DNA of 64,000 nt, taken from the NCBI RefSeq assembly GCF_006345805.1, contig NC_042998.1, forward strand, positions 119,536,001-119,600,000, in the 5' to 3' direction. A model generated the notes under the pieces. It did no database searches, had not been told where the DNA came from, and saw only the letters and a list, made by a program, of their open reading frames with translations. The number at the start of each line of letters is the position of its first letter. Positions within the stretch are counted from its first letter, which is position 1. Below are positions 39,177-51,584 of this stretch, piece after piece. A program made the position numbers and the translations under genes. This DNA is from Octopus sinensis. Its lineage: Eukaryota.

Positions 39177-39722
39177 ATGCCCTGATGCAGTACCAGCAGT
39201 GTGTCTCATGGCATCTGATCTCAACTGGATTGGAAGTGTTATCATGTACATTGTTTTGTCTTGATATAAAAGATGGGCTACAGCAAATATTCTGCTCAAT
39301 ACCACAGATTTGCTTGGTAGTTGTTTGACCATAACCTGTTGACCATGTCCCTGAGTGGCTGACGATATGTGCATCTCTGATCACGAGCAGAAGTAATGGC
39401 CGTGTGTTGAAAGGAATTCTTTGGGGTTGGATAATTCTCCATTGGAAACATGGGTGTTTCGTTCAATATCCTTAAACAAGCTTATTCAGCGACCTTTTGA
39501 GCGGGATGGGCTACTCGACCCGAAGAAAATTCTAACTGAGCCCCATCTTAAGGTCATGCGCTGTTTATCTTGATATGAGATCACTATTTCGCGCACATAT
39601 AGTTGTGATGTATGTGCCTGGTGTACCCTTATCAGACGGGTAGTCATGATGAGTATACTGGGCTTCATAGTTTTTTTTTTTACCACAGTATTACTTTGAT
39701 GGCATGCACTGCTCTCTCACTC
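39177..39722. repeat. About 545-bp non-coding repeat, copy 1, in (TAA)n
   Basis: Highly similar to 40142-40690 over its full length. Confidence 0.85.
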
Positions 39723-39760
39723 AATAATAATAATGTGATGATGATAATAATAATAATATA

Positions 39761-39797
<37 letters not shown>

Positions 39798-40141
39798 TAA
39801 TAATAATAATGATAATATGATGATGATGATAATAATAATAATAAAAAAAAATAATAATAATAATAATAATAATGATAATAATAATAATAATGATAATAAT
39901 AATCCTTTCTGCTATAGGCACAAGGCCTGAAATTTTGGGGGAGGGGCCAGTCGAGTAGATCGACTCCAGTACGCAACTGGTACTTAATTTATTGACCCCG
40001 AAAGGATGAAAATCAAAGCCGACCTCGGCGGAATTTGAACTCAGAACGTAGCATCAGACGAAACACCGCTAAGCATCTTGCTAATAAAATAATAGTAATA
40101 ATAATATAATAATAATATAATAATAATAATAATAATAATAA

Positions 40142-40690
40142 ATGCCCTGATTCAGTACCAGGCAGTGGCTCTCATGGCTTCTGAGCTTAACTGATTGGAA
40201 GTGTTATCATTTACATTGTTTTGTCTTGTATAAAAGATGGCTACAGCAAATATTCTGCTCAATACCACAGATTTGCTTGTCAGTTGTTTGACCTTAACCA
40301 GTTGAGCATGTCCTTAGTAGCTAATGATATGTGCATCTCTGATCACGAGCAGAAGTAGTGGGGGTCATCATAGCCATGTGTTGAGAGGGATTCTTTAGGG
40401 TTTGAATAATTCACCTCTAGAAACATGGGTGGTTCTTCAACATCCTTAAACAACCCTTCTTCAGGGACCTTTTGAGCAGGATGGGCTACTCAACCTGAAG
40501 AAAATTCTAACTGGGCCCCACCTGCAAGGTCATGTGCTGTTTATTTTGATATGAGATCATCATGCCGCGCACATATGGTTGTGATGCATGTGCCTGGTGT
40601 ACCCTATCAGACGGTAGTCATGATGGGTATACTGGGCTTCGTATATTTTACCCCAGTGTCACTTTGATGGCATGTACTGCTCTCTCACTC
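40142..40690. repeat. About 545-bp non-coding repeat, copy 2, in (TAA)n
   Basis: Same termini (aatgccctga ... gctctctcactc) as copy 1. Confidence 0.85.
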
Positions 40691-40753
<63 letters not shown>

Positions 40754-43339
40754 TAATAATAAAATATCAATAATAATAACAACAACAATAATGATAATAA
40801 TAATAATAATAATGTACTTAACTTTTCAAATAAAGGTGTTTTATGATTTAATTAACTGTGAAGGTATGTGTATCACCTGATAGTAATTTTCATTGTAATT
40901 AGATATTCTCCTTTTTTATTATGCAAATGATGCTAGAGATATTTTCTATAGAATACAGTAAGGTAAATTCAATATCTGACCCCAAAATGAGTATCTAGGA
41001 CATTACAAGTCCATGTCATTTCTTACACGTATTAACAAATATTGACTTCTTATACTGGAGCACAGCGTGACAAATACCTGGTATAGATTTTAGTGACCTA
41101 CCCATCGAGAGTAGGTAGGGCAGCCCCAATATATGAACTGAGATAATAAATCAGAATAATTAAAACGAAAAGATGTTATCCTTTCATTCAGCTTCGGTAT
41201 TTGGCACGCTTCCGTTCTAAGGTGCGACCGCACCTTTCTCACGGGTCTGTAAGTTCTGTCAGGATGATCTTCGCCTCTTCAGACTATAGGACGACATCTG
41301 GGCTGAGGTTTAACTAAATGAACGAGGGTGAGAGACAACAACCACCTTTCCTGCTATACAATTGGCCCTTGTTCGTTTTTGCTGTGTTTGTCAGATTTTC
41401 TTCCTCCCTCGTAATCTTCATTGCTGACGTTGGGGAAACCTTCCCCTATGTTCGGTGTTTCTTACATTTCTCCTGCTCCATAGTTTTGGTAAGTGTCATG
41501 AACACATTTTCATGGCACCATCTGTATCTACCTTGCGTGATTACTGTTTGGGCCTCTGACAGGATCTACGCCAAATTTGATAACGTACCCTATTGGCTAA
41601 TTTCCGAACTGAAAACAGAAAACCATAACATTGATATCTTACTTTAGTACACGGTCAGAAATGTGTAGTGGGTCGGGAAGTTATAAATGGTTGAAAAAAG
41701 GACAGTATACTTAGCCCACATGTTAACACTACTTAATCATACGTACTTCTTTGACGTACAAACTTGACGTCACATATAGTTTGGGGAAAGTTTCCAACCG
41801 ACCGAGTACTGCAGCCAAATCGATCCACCTTTCTCTTGTTACCAACAAACTGAACGAACTTAAAGTTGCATCAGTTCTTCCTTGGTTGTTGATTTTTCAA
41901 CATGGAGTGATCACCAGCTTTATATTTAAGTACTTGATTTTCTGACAAGTATACCATTTCATGATGGGTTTTGCTTTGCCCGAAAACGTGTCTTTGGATA
42001 AAACAAAGACTTTAGATTTTATTCTATAACCATTACACTTTGCTTTAATTTTTTTTATAGGAATTTAATAATGTAGAAGTCTTCAGGTAAATTAATGTAG
42101 AATTGTGCTAATCCCTTTCTTTATGAATGACTACCGTTTCTGGAGGGTAAGAAAATCTTCCATGTTTCACACATCCACTATTTACTGTCTTGACATGATG
42201 ACCTTGTCACTTTACCAATGTTCCTCTGGAATCTTTCTGCCAGAACATTTCATTGAGGATGACACACCGTTACTCTTTATTGTCGAACTACCCTTTATTC
42301 TAAACACTCTAGACTCATAACTTATAAAATGTAAACCATTGTCAAAAACAATTCTTTATAGAATTCCCCAAGATGTAAAAAAAAAAAAAAAGAACCGTGT
42401 GTAAGAGTTCAAATCATGAGCACCAATCGATGGTATGACAATTGCTTCCGACCAACGTGGTGTTAAATTACATTGATGCTATCGGACATCTGAACTGCAA
42501 ACGTAGTTCTACCCATACTTTTAGCATCGTAGATTTTATTAAGGGTTCCAACGGCGGAGATGTTTCAAGTAACGTGCATATTAAACAATCCTTGATTTTG
42601 CACTCTGTATTAGTTGATGTTAGGCCTCCATAGAAGTTGCTTTGTTTTGTTTTATTTTTATTTTTGTTTTTTTATTGAGGTTTTTTTCTTATGACAGTAA
42701 TATCCAATAATTTTGTTCTTATTGCAAAACGAATAATACTTCAATTTCCACAGAACAATACCCGGTTTTTCTGTAAGTTCTAACAGCTAAATTTACTAGT
42801 TAGCAGTGCTTCCGCTATTGCTTGAGTAGTTGATTATTCTTTTGAATATTTTAACAAATTAGACAATATAACATTTACAAAATTGTCATTAACATAATCT
42901 GCTGTTACTATTAGTTAATGTGGCCGTACATCTGCCGGACAGGGAATATCTTTTATTAACTGTAGGAACCTATACAGTACCTTTATAAATAGGGTTACTT
43001 CTTTTTTCTACAGTAAATTAAAATGTGGTATGAAATGAGTAAGAAGTTGAGTAATACTTCTTAATTCATTGGACATCGTTACTAGACGTTTAAAGAGAGT
43101 CTCCGTATTAATTTTAACTTTCCATCATATTAACTTCTTTATATGAAACAATGACGCCGAAATATTCTGTCGTGCACCATACGTGCCGGTTTTGTGACGT
43201 AATACAAGATAATTGTTGTGTAACATTGTGAGGTGCCGATTTAATGTCACGTCATGAAGCTTTTTTTTTTAATTTGCAAAGACTAGAATATCGTCTTCAA
43301 TAAATACTTAGATTTAGATGTGAAAAGATTGTTAATAAT

Positions 43340-44400
43340 TTCTTGGTGGAGCAATCGACAGTGCTAATTCATGCGATCTTACAGTCTTTTTATTCTAGAA
43401 ATACATTGCAAGAAATTCCCCCCAGCCAACTTTGGCTTATATAGTGACGATGCCATGGCATTATTGAGATGGATAAACGACTATATACTCAATAGGCTCA
43501 GGAAAGACCTAACTCATGCCCTTAATTTTCATAGGCCCAAAGTCACAATAGAGACCAACTTGAAAATAGTTATTTCCTAGATGTTGCATTTGACCCAGAT
43601 ACCGGTACCTACAAGCCATTCTGAAAACCAAATGAGAGGCAGGCCTAGATTAACACAGCTTCCAGTCATCCAGCGGTAGTTTTCAAAAACCTAGTGAGAG
43701 TAGTTAACAGAAGAATTTTCAACATCTTCAAGTAAGGAAATCTTCGATGCTATGGTCCTGTACCATAACGAAGCCCTGTCTACAAGTTGTTTCGAAGATA
43801 GAATTAGTTATTTGACCAATCTTAATCACACCAAGAGAAAAGTCACCATAATATCATATGGTTTGCATACCCGTTTTTTACTTAATTTCAAAACTTGAGA
43901 AGGTATGATCTTCCTTAGTTTAGTGAATAAGCATTTTCCACAGAAACATAGGTACAAGAAATTTTTCAATGGGTATATTTTGACCGTCTCTTTCAGCTGC
44001 GCACTTAACATAAAGAAAGATTTAGTAAATAAACCCAAACCTAACATAGAAGCAGACTGTTCATGCAGAGGTAACCTCACATTCCCACTCATCGAGCAAT
44101 GTAATACAGAACCGCCGTGTTTGAAGTGGAGTTAATCTCAAACGATCCCAGTGGAGCAACGAATGTACCGAAATACGTCGGAATGACAGAAAGATTCTTC
44201 AAAAACAGGCTCAGCAATCACAGGTCCTCGTTTAATATCCAGATATGAAGTAATGTTACATCTGTAGTGAGATATATGTAGCTATTGAAAGAAAAAGTTG
44301 CACAATATAACATCAAGTGAGGACTACTGAAAAAGTTCAGACCTTACCTTAACAAATGTAGGTGGTGCAGATTTTGTTTAGCTGAAAAAAATCATATTAA
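43340..44400 (+). mobile_element. Degenerate Penelope-like element (RT plus GIY-YIG)
   Basis: NFGLYSDDAMA..RLRKDL..KVTIETNLKIV.FLDV..GTYKP..SSHP; CSCR..FPL..C; KYVGMTERFFKNRLSNHRSSF..CRFCLAEK. Confidence 0.88.
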
Positions 44401-44997
44401 AGAACTCCCTCTACCCAGGAGCCTACCTGAGCTTTAAAGTGAAATGTTTTCCTCCTGTCTCATGAGCGGAGGATTGTATTAGCCAGTTGACCGGATAAGT
44501 ACACCCTTTAAGTATAAAGGCTGTTTTTTTTTTCTCTGTGAGTATTTCTCTCTTCATAAATAAGGTCTTGATATTTCTTCCAGACTCAGCATTTCTATAT
44601 ACACACTCATACACATGATGTACACATCCACACATGCTTTGATAAAACCCTCCGTGCCTCTCTCTCATTTTGCATGCCCACCTCTCCTTCGAGCCGCTAT
44701 CCCTCTCACTCTTGTCCCCCTCCTCATTCTTGTTGTTCCGTTAGAGCTTCTTTAAAGACCAACTGAATTACAACTCGTGAAATGAATGTGTAAATTTCTT
44801 GAATATTCCACAGACACAAATACTCTTAACGTAAAATGTGACTGGTACTTTTTCAACCCGAAGGATTTCAAGGTGAAGTTGACTACGGTTGAGTTTGAAC
44901 TCAGCACAACACAACAGGATAACAATGTATAAATGTATGCATGCGTGCGTGTGTGCGTATGTGCATGCATGTGTGCATATGTGCATACAGGTGTGCT

Positions 44998-45030
<33 letters not shown>

Positions 45031-45440
45031 ATGTGTGTGCGCACGCGTGCGTGTGTGTGTTAATGTGTGTATATGAGTATGTATGACCGCACGCGTCTGT
45101 GTGTGCATCTCCATATGTGTCTGTGTGCGTGTGCGAGCATATTTGTGTTTGTATATCAGCGTACAAATTCTTTATGGTCTTATTTCTAAGGGTACAAATT
45201 CTTGAAGTTATTTAACTAACTAGGGGAAATAACTCTTTAAAACGGGAGACGAACGATTCACTGCCAGACAATAAATCGAAAGGGGAGAAAACACAGAAAT
45301 ATATACGAACGCGTGACCGTATGCATGTGTCTACGTATATGTATCACTCAAACACGGTAATGGTTGAATATATTCTTAAGTCCATCATTTCGTCAAATGC
45401 AGCAGCTTCCAAGCTTCACCACTAATTCACTATATATATA

Positions 45441-46181
45441 TATAGAACAAACATCAAATTCGTGTCAACGACTTTATATATATAACACCATACTTCCAAA
45501 CATTTTATCATATATAAATATTACCATGGTTCTTAAACATATAAAGTATACATATACAAAAAACACAGAAGGTAAAAATATATATATGCGAATAAAAATA
45601 CAGATATATAGAACGGCCTATCAAAAAGGTAAATACAACCGACTAAAAATTCTAAAGCTTGTCATACTTCTAAACATCTAAATAAAATAAAATATCATTC
45701 GACTAAAAGAATTTTCTTACTCCCTTCAAACAAAAGAGTACGTCAAAAAAGTTCAATTCATAAAAAAACATGGTAGGTTAGAGTCCAGGGGCAAAAAGAG
45801 TTCCACAAAATCAAGTCAAACATACCTATGGCCATTTCGGGAGTTCACTGTCGCGATTCAATTACAGTTAAAATGCATTTCAGCAATGATCCCCCTCATC
45901 AGGATGAACAAGAAACTCAAACATTAAAAGAAAAAAAAATGTTTGAGGGGAGTAACTCTTTTACTCGTTTCAGTCATTTTTACTGCGGCCATGCTGGAGC
46001 ACCGCATTTAGTCGAGCAAATCGACCCCATGACTTATTCTTTGTAAGCCTAGTACTTATTCTATCGGTCCTTTTTGCCAAACCGCTAAGTTACGGGGACG
46101 TAAACACACTAGCATCGGTTGTCAAGCGATGTTGGGGGGACAAACACAGACACACAAACATACACACACACACACACACAC

Positions 46182-46237
<56 letters not shown>

Positions 46238-46424
46238 ATATATATAATATATATATTATAGAAGGAGCTTCTACAGGACTAGAACTGTTTCATTCAAATG
46301 AAATCTTCAGAATGAAATAGTTCTAGTCCTGTAGAAGCTCCTTCTATAAAATAAATTAATTTACTCTGCTATGTATTAAGTACCTTATTAACTGTGGTTA
46401 ACTCCGACTCAACCCGGGACCTAT

Positions 46425-46457
<33 letters not shown>

Positions 46458-46741
46458 CTCACACAGCCACTCAAAAATATTTTTAGTCGATTGATATTTT
46501 ATTTTATTTAGATGTTTAGTAGCATAACACACTTTAGAATTTTTAATCGATTGTCTTTACCTATTTGATAGGCCGTTCTATCTGTATATTTATTCGCATA
46601 TATATTTTTACCTTCTATGTTTTTTGTATATATATACTTTATATGTTTAAGAACCATGGTAATATTGATATATGATCAAATGTTTGGAGGTACGGTATTA
46701 TATATATTAAGTCGTTGACACGAATTTGATGTTTGTTCTAT
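45441..46741. mobile_element. Foldback element with about 220-bp inverted arms and nested SINE/PLE pieces
   Basis: 45443-45660 is the reverse complement of about 46530-46740 (tagaacaaacatcaaattcgtgtcaacgact.. / ..agtcgttgacacgaatttgatgtttgttcta). Confidence 0.75.
46256..46349. repeat. 40-bp-arm hairpin derived from a hammerhead-containing unit
   Basis: ttatagaaggagcttctacaggactagaactgtttcattc / gaatgaaatagttctagtcctgtagaagctccttctataa; minus strand reads CTGAAGA..GAAA CAG..CTG TA. Confidence 0.75.
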
Positions 46742-46859
46742 GATCATTGTTTCTTTATCTCTGTCTCAATTTCATTTGACCACTTCTTTTTTTTTTTTTT
46801 TTTGCAGTCCTATAAACCGTTTTGTTTCCATAAAAAGAGACAAAAATTATTTCTTGTCG

Positions 46860-46899
<40 letters not shown>

Positions 46900-46992
46900 G
46901 TTCTCCTGTCTGACCACCTCCGTCCAGCCAGCCGCCGTGATCGACCGCTAAAGCTTTTTTTTTATTCTCTCTCTGTTTATTTTCGCGTGATC

Positions 46993-47028
46993 CTTTCTGT
47001 TGAAGAGCGTAGGCTCAAAACGTAAAAG
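46993..47028 (+). ncRNA. Minimal hammerhead motif (CUGUUGA core; GAAA changed to AAAA)
   Basis: CTTT CTGTTGA A GAGC gtag GCTC AAAA CG TA AAAG. Confidence 0.55.
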
Positions 47029-47822
47029 ACTTTCTCACCTTCCCGAGCGTTAAACTAATACACATGTTTGTTGTTTATACACCTGTCTTCGTCTTTTGTT
47101 TTTGTTTTTTGTTTCTTTTTTTCTTTTTGTAAATTCCAAATATATACTCATCACACACATGCACGCGCACGTGCACAAACACTCACACACACACACACAC
47201 ATGTACATTCATATACGCACATGAGCACACAAACACACACGTTCATGCATGATTGACAAAAAAACATACTGAATTAATTGCCATTGTTGATATGGCCAAC
47301 TAAAACCATTCAAGGTAGTGTCTTAATTTGGCCGGAATCCCAAAACTAAAACCAGTTAATGCATGAAAGATTGTGTTCGTATTTATATGAAATGTAAAAT
47401 AATAGTTAAGAAGCGCAAGAAAATGAAAACACACCAGACAACAAAAATGACATGGTGCAGGGGAGATAAGTCTGGAAAAAAAACAATATATTGAACTATT
47501 GGCAATAATTGTCTCCCTTGCATTATGTTTAGCTTTGTTGGTGGATATTTGATTTGTTGGTGTATAGCTCAACACGTTAATTTGTCATAAAATTTTTAAT
47601 GCTTTTTCCATGCATTCACATTACATCTGTTATGACAATGGAGGTGTTGTTTGATGAGGATGATACATTTGATAGTGTAAGATTGTTAGGCAAGTCGATA
47701 TAAAAAGAATATTAAATACATTTAATAGAAAAAATATACATGTGTTTACATATAAAAAGGTCCGACTAAATCAGAGTGGAAATGATATCAGGAATTAAAG
47801 GGGTTGAATAAGAGTTTTACGA

Positions 47823-47891
47823 GTCCAACAGCCGTTTCTCGGTGCTTGGTAGTCCAAATAATGATTGTAAATTGATTCCATCATCAGATAA
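47823..47891 (-). ncRNA. Possible degenerate hammerhead motif
   Basis: Reverse complement: CTGATGA TGG..long loop..CCGA GAAA CGGCTG TT GGAC; helix I poorly paired. Confidence 0.35.
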
Positions 47892-48031
47892 TACCAGCGT
47901 CCGTCTACAGAGAAGAAGTTTTACATTTGAGGTGTTGACAGAAAGGAGATTAAAGATGGAATGATTTTGTGGAGAACTAAGTGTATTAGAAGGAGGACAT
48001 ATATATATGTGTATGTATATAAATATTTATA

Positions 48032-48111
<80 letters not shown>

Positions 48112-48307
48112 GAAACGGGTTTCTAAGAAAAAAAGACTACACGCGGTATAAATAGGGGAAAAGTAAAAAGAAACAAAGAAAATGCACATGAGGTATAAAA
48201 CTAATGGCTTTTTTTAATATAAAAACAACGATATATACATACAAATAAATGATTTGAGGTGGAATTAAGAAGTATAAAAATCAGTATTATGAGTCATTAT
48301 AGAAAGT

Positions 48308-48348
48308 CAAAGTCATACCGGTTTCGTCAGAGCTGATCACTGACTTTG
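48308..48348 (-). ncRNA. Degenerate minimal hammerhead motif
   Basis: Reverse complement: CAAAGTCA GTGATCA GCTCTGAC GAAA CCGG TA TGACTTTG; 8-bp helix I, palindromic ACCGGT, two core substitutions. Confidence 0.5.
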
Positions 48349-48659
48349 CATCAACACCGATTTCCAAATGGTGTTGAGTTTAATAGTACCTGGGTGAAAA
48401 GATTGCATGCAAGTGGGGTAAGCAGTTCTGAAAGTGATGCTAGATATGATTACTAGAATATGAATGGTATATGGGATGTATGAGGATTAGTGGGATTATT
48501 GGTATTAGTAAGGTTAGTAGTGTCCCGTATTAAGTTGTGGTTGATATTTATTAATGGAAGTTGCCTTTTTATTCAATCTTTGCTGCACTGAGGTGTTCTG
48601 GGAATATTGGTAAAGAGGGAAAATTTGGAAATTTGTATGAAGGTTCCTAGCACATCTTT

Positions 48660-49397
48660 CTATGTGCTCACCATGACGCAATTCACTATGCCAGAAATTT
48701 GGAAGCGACATGCTGTACTGTTTGACATTACCGCCGGAAGCTACAGTACGAACATTTCAGAGTGTTTGGGTGTCAATCTGAGGACAGTACAATCTCAGGA
48801 CATGTACAGAGAGTTATAAAAATCGAACATCCAGTCAACACCATGATGTTTGGAGTGATCACTAGTGATGGTGACGTTATGCCTCCATAACTCAACACGG
48901 GGGCCTAAATCAAGTGCTGTCCTGGGTCAAGAGGGGGGCTGCTGGAAGACCCTATGTCTGGCAACAGGACTCTGCACCATGTCACACAAGGAGGAGAACC
49001 CAGTCATGGCTGTCAGACAATTTGTGCGACCACACCATCCCTAACATCTGGCCACCTAACTCCCCAGACTGCAACCTCTTTGATTATTATGTGTGGGGCG
49101 CAGCTGAGCGAGAGACCAACAAAATCCTTGTAACACCAAAGATGAACTGAAGGCAAGGATTATGGCAGCACTCACCAACTTAAACAAGGAGACCGTCCAG
49201 AAGAGTTGCAGGAGATTCTGAAGTCGTCTTGAGGCCGTGGTAGAATGAAGCGAATGGCGATTTTATTAAGTAAATTCACTCTATAGTATTTCAAGATATT
49301 TTTATGTAATTTTGGTAAATATATCTGTTAAAATGAGATATCAGTGTTATTTTCAATTTTACGTAATTTAGACGACAGTTTATTCACCGCACCCTGT
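48660..49397 (+). mobile_element. Internally deleted Tc1/mariner DD37D (maT-like) element
   Basis: WQQDSAPCH..WPPNSPDCNLFD has 37 aa between the catalytic Asp residues; 3' TIR-like ttattcaccgcaccctg followed by ta; 5' piece repeated at 49517-49586. Confidence 0.8.
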
Positions 49398-49398
49398 A

Positions 49399-49506
<108 letters not shown>

Positions 49507-49601
49507 TGTGTGTGTGTGTGCTCACCATGACGCAATTCACTATGCCAGAAATTTGGAAGCGATATGCTGTACTGTTTGACATTACCACCATACATTGACA
49601 T

Positions 49602-49633
<32 letters not shown>

Positions 49634-49637
49634 TATG

Positions 49638-49842
<205 letters not shown>

Positions 49843-49931
49843 CTTGAAATTTACAGAAAAACAAAAGACGAAGACAAGTGTATGAACAACAAGCAAGTGG
49901 ATCAGTTTGACGCTCGAGAAAGTGAGAAAGT

Positions 49932-49967
49932 CTTTTACGTTTCGAGCCTACGCACTTCAACAGAAAG
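49932..49967 (-). ncRNA. Minimal hammerhead motif (CUGUUGA core variant)
   Basis: Reverse complement: CTTT CTGTTGA AGTGC gtag GCTC GAAA CG TA AAAG; sister of 46993-47028. Confidence 0.65.
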
Positions 49968-50147
49968 GAATAAGAGGAAATGAATAAAGAGAGAATAAAA
50001 AAACTTGTGGATTTAGCAATCAATCATATATGTTTGTGTGTGTGTGTGTAGTGAATCTTGCAGTCATGAAATCGATTCGATCCACTATAGCCAAATTTCA
50101 AGTAACAATTCAACAAAACATTTCTCACTGTGGAACAATAGTTTTTC

Positions 50148-50899
50148 TGTGATAGCAGTTTTATATTTGCCAGATGCCTTAGCTTGGCCGAAATAATGTC
50201 TTCACCACTTGACCTTTCTAACCTCTCCTAGACCACCAAAAGCTAGAATTAAGATAACAAGACCACCAGCTAAATCCATTTTTCTCAATGATATGTCTAT
50301 CCTTCTGGATAGTTATAAAAGCAAGAACCCCAAGCAAAAATCAGTTAGTCGGCTCGTGACAACTCAATCAGTTAGTTAATGAATGACAACTAGAGTCAAA
50401 GACAGCTATCATGAGTTAGGGAGCGGAACACTAGAATCATGATCACAAGCAAAACAGCTACTAAAGACAATGGTCAAATGGAGAAATGAAATTTACTGTC
50501 AGCAACTATGAGACCCAACTTCCCACATTCTCTCACTTTCACTAACTCACTTACTCTTCGCTGCACATTACTATATCTCTCTCTGTGGTTTACTACTTCA
50601 TTAAGAACAGACTACTACAATAAGAACACACAGGCCGAAATTAACTTTCTTACTTCACATGCTTTTGGATTTTTATCACCTGCCCGTCGAGGCAAGGTAT
50701 TATGTATAATGTAACGGTAAAATAAATATTTTCTTTGCAACTTCAATCACTGTTCTTTCATTTTTATTATCAATGGCTATCAACGAAGGACCAATCTTTA
50801 CAAACAGATTACATTCAACCCTACTGTGTATCGACTATCGTTTTCCGTACTATTGTTTGCAATTTAATTCCAACCGTTACAAACTGGTGATCCCGACGT
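50148..50899 (+). mobile_element. LTR with tRNA-Trp primer-binding site (Gypsy-like)
   Basis: TGT..AATAAA..TTACA (50881) followed by TGGTGATCCCGACGT (50885-50899), complementary to the tRNA-Trp 3' end; LTR start uncertain. Confidence 0.6.
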
Positions 50900-50948
50900 T
50901 TCACAAAAACAGGCATCGTTACAAAAAATAATCTTCAAATAATCTTCA

Positions 50949-51025
<77 letters not shown>

Positions 51026-51128
51026 ATATAGTTAATCCAAACAAGAAAGCACAAAAAAACACAACAACGCGAGGACGTGGAACAAATATAGTATTACTGG
51101 ACGCTCAGGAAAGAAGGAAAGAAGGAGG

Positions 51129-51163
51129 GTTTAACGTTTCGAGCGGAGCTCTTCGTCGGAAAC
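51129..51163 (-). ncRNA. Minimal hammerhead ribozyme (CCGACGA core)
   Basis: Reverse complement: GTTT CCGACGA A GAGC tcc GCTC GAAA CG TT AAAC; palindromic AACGTT helix III. Confidence 0.75.
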
Positions 51164-51366
51164 ATAGGAGAAGGAAAGATCCAGAGAAGGGAAGACAGAG
51201 GAAAAAAAATCGCCAACGGTACACACTCGGTCATATATATATATATACCAGAGTAAGCACATAAATATGAGACAAGGTGGGAACAAATAGTACTCGAATA
51301 CCGGAGGTAGAGTAATATACTTTATTATCATAACGGCAAAAACATCACAAAAAAATATCACAAAAG

Positions 51367-51408
51367 AACTGCTACTCAGAGTTTCACGTTCCTGTTCGTC
51401 GGGCAGTT
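51367..51408 (-). ncRNA. Minimal hammerhead ribozyme (CCGACGA core)
   Basis: Reverse complement: AACTGC CCGACGA ACAGGAACGT GAAA CTCTGAG TA GCAGTT; 6-bp helix I, quasi-palindromic ACTCTGAGT. Confidence 0.75.
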
Positions 51409-51584
51409 GTGATCCAGAATGGATATATAGGTGTATGTATGTGTGTGTGTGTATACACACGCACACACACACACAGATCATGTCTATATTTCATTATTAT
51501 TATTATTGTTGTTGTTGTTGTTTTGTTGTTATCATTATTTTCATATACACTCAATAAATTAGACTGTTGGAAAAGAAACATCGG

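Noticed and set aside
39570-39645. Hammerhead-like CTGATAA..GCGAAA on the minus strand of the 545-bp repeat
   Set aside because: The second copy has GGCA instead of GAAA and helix I does not pair
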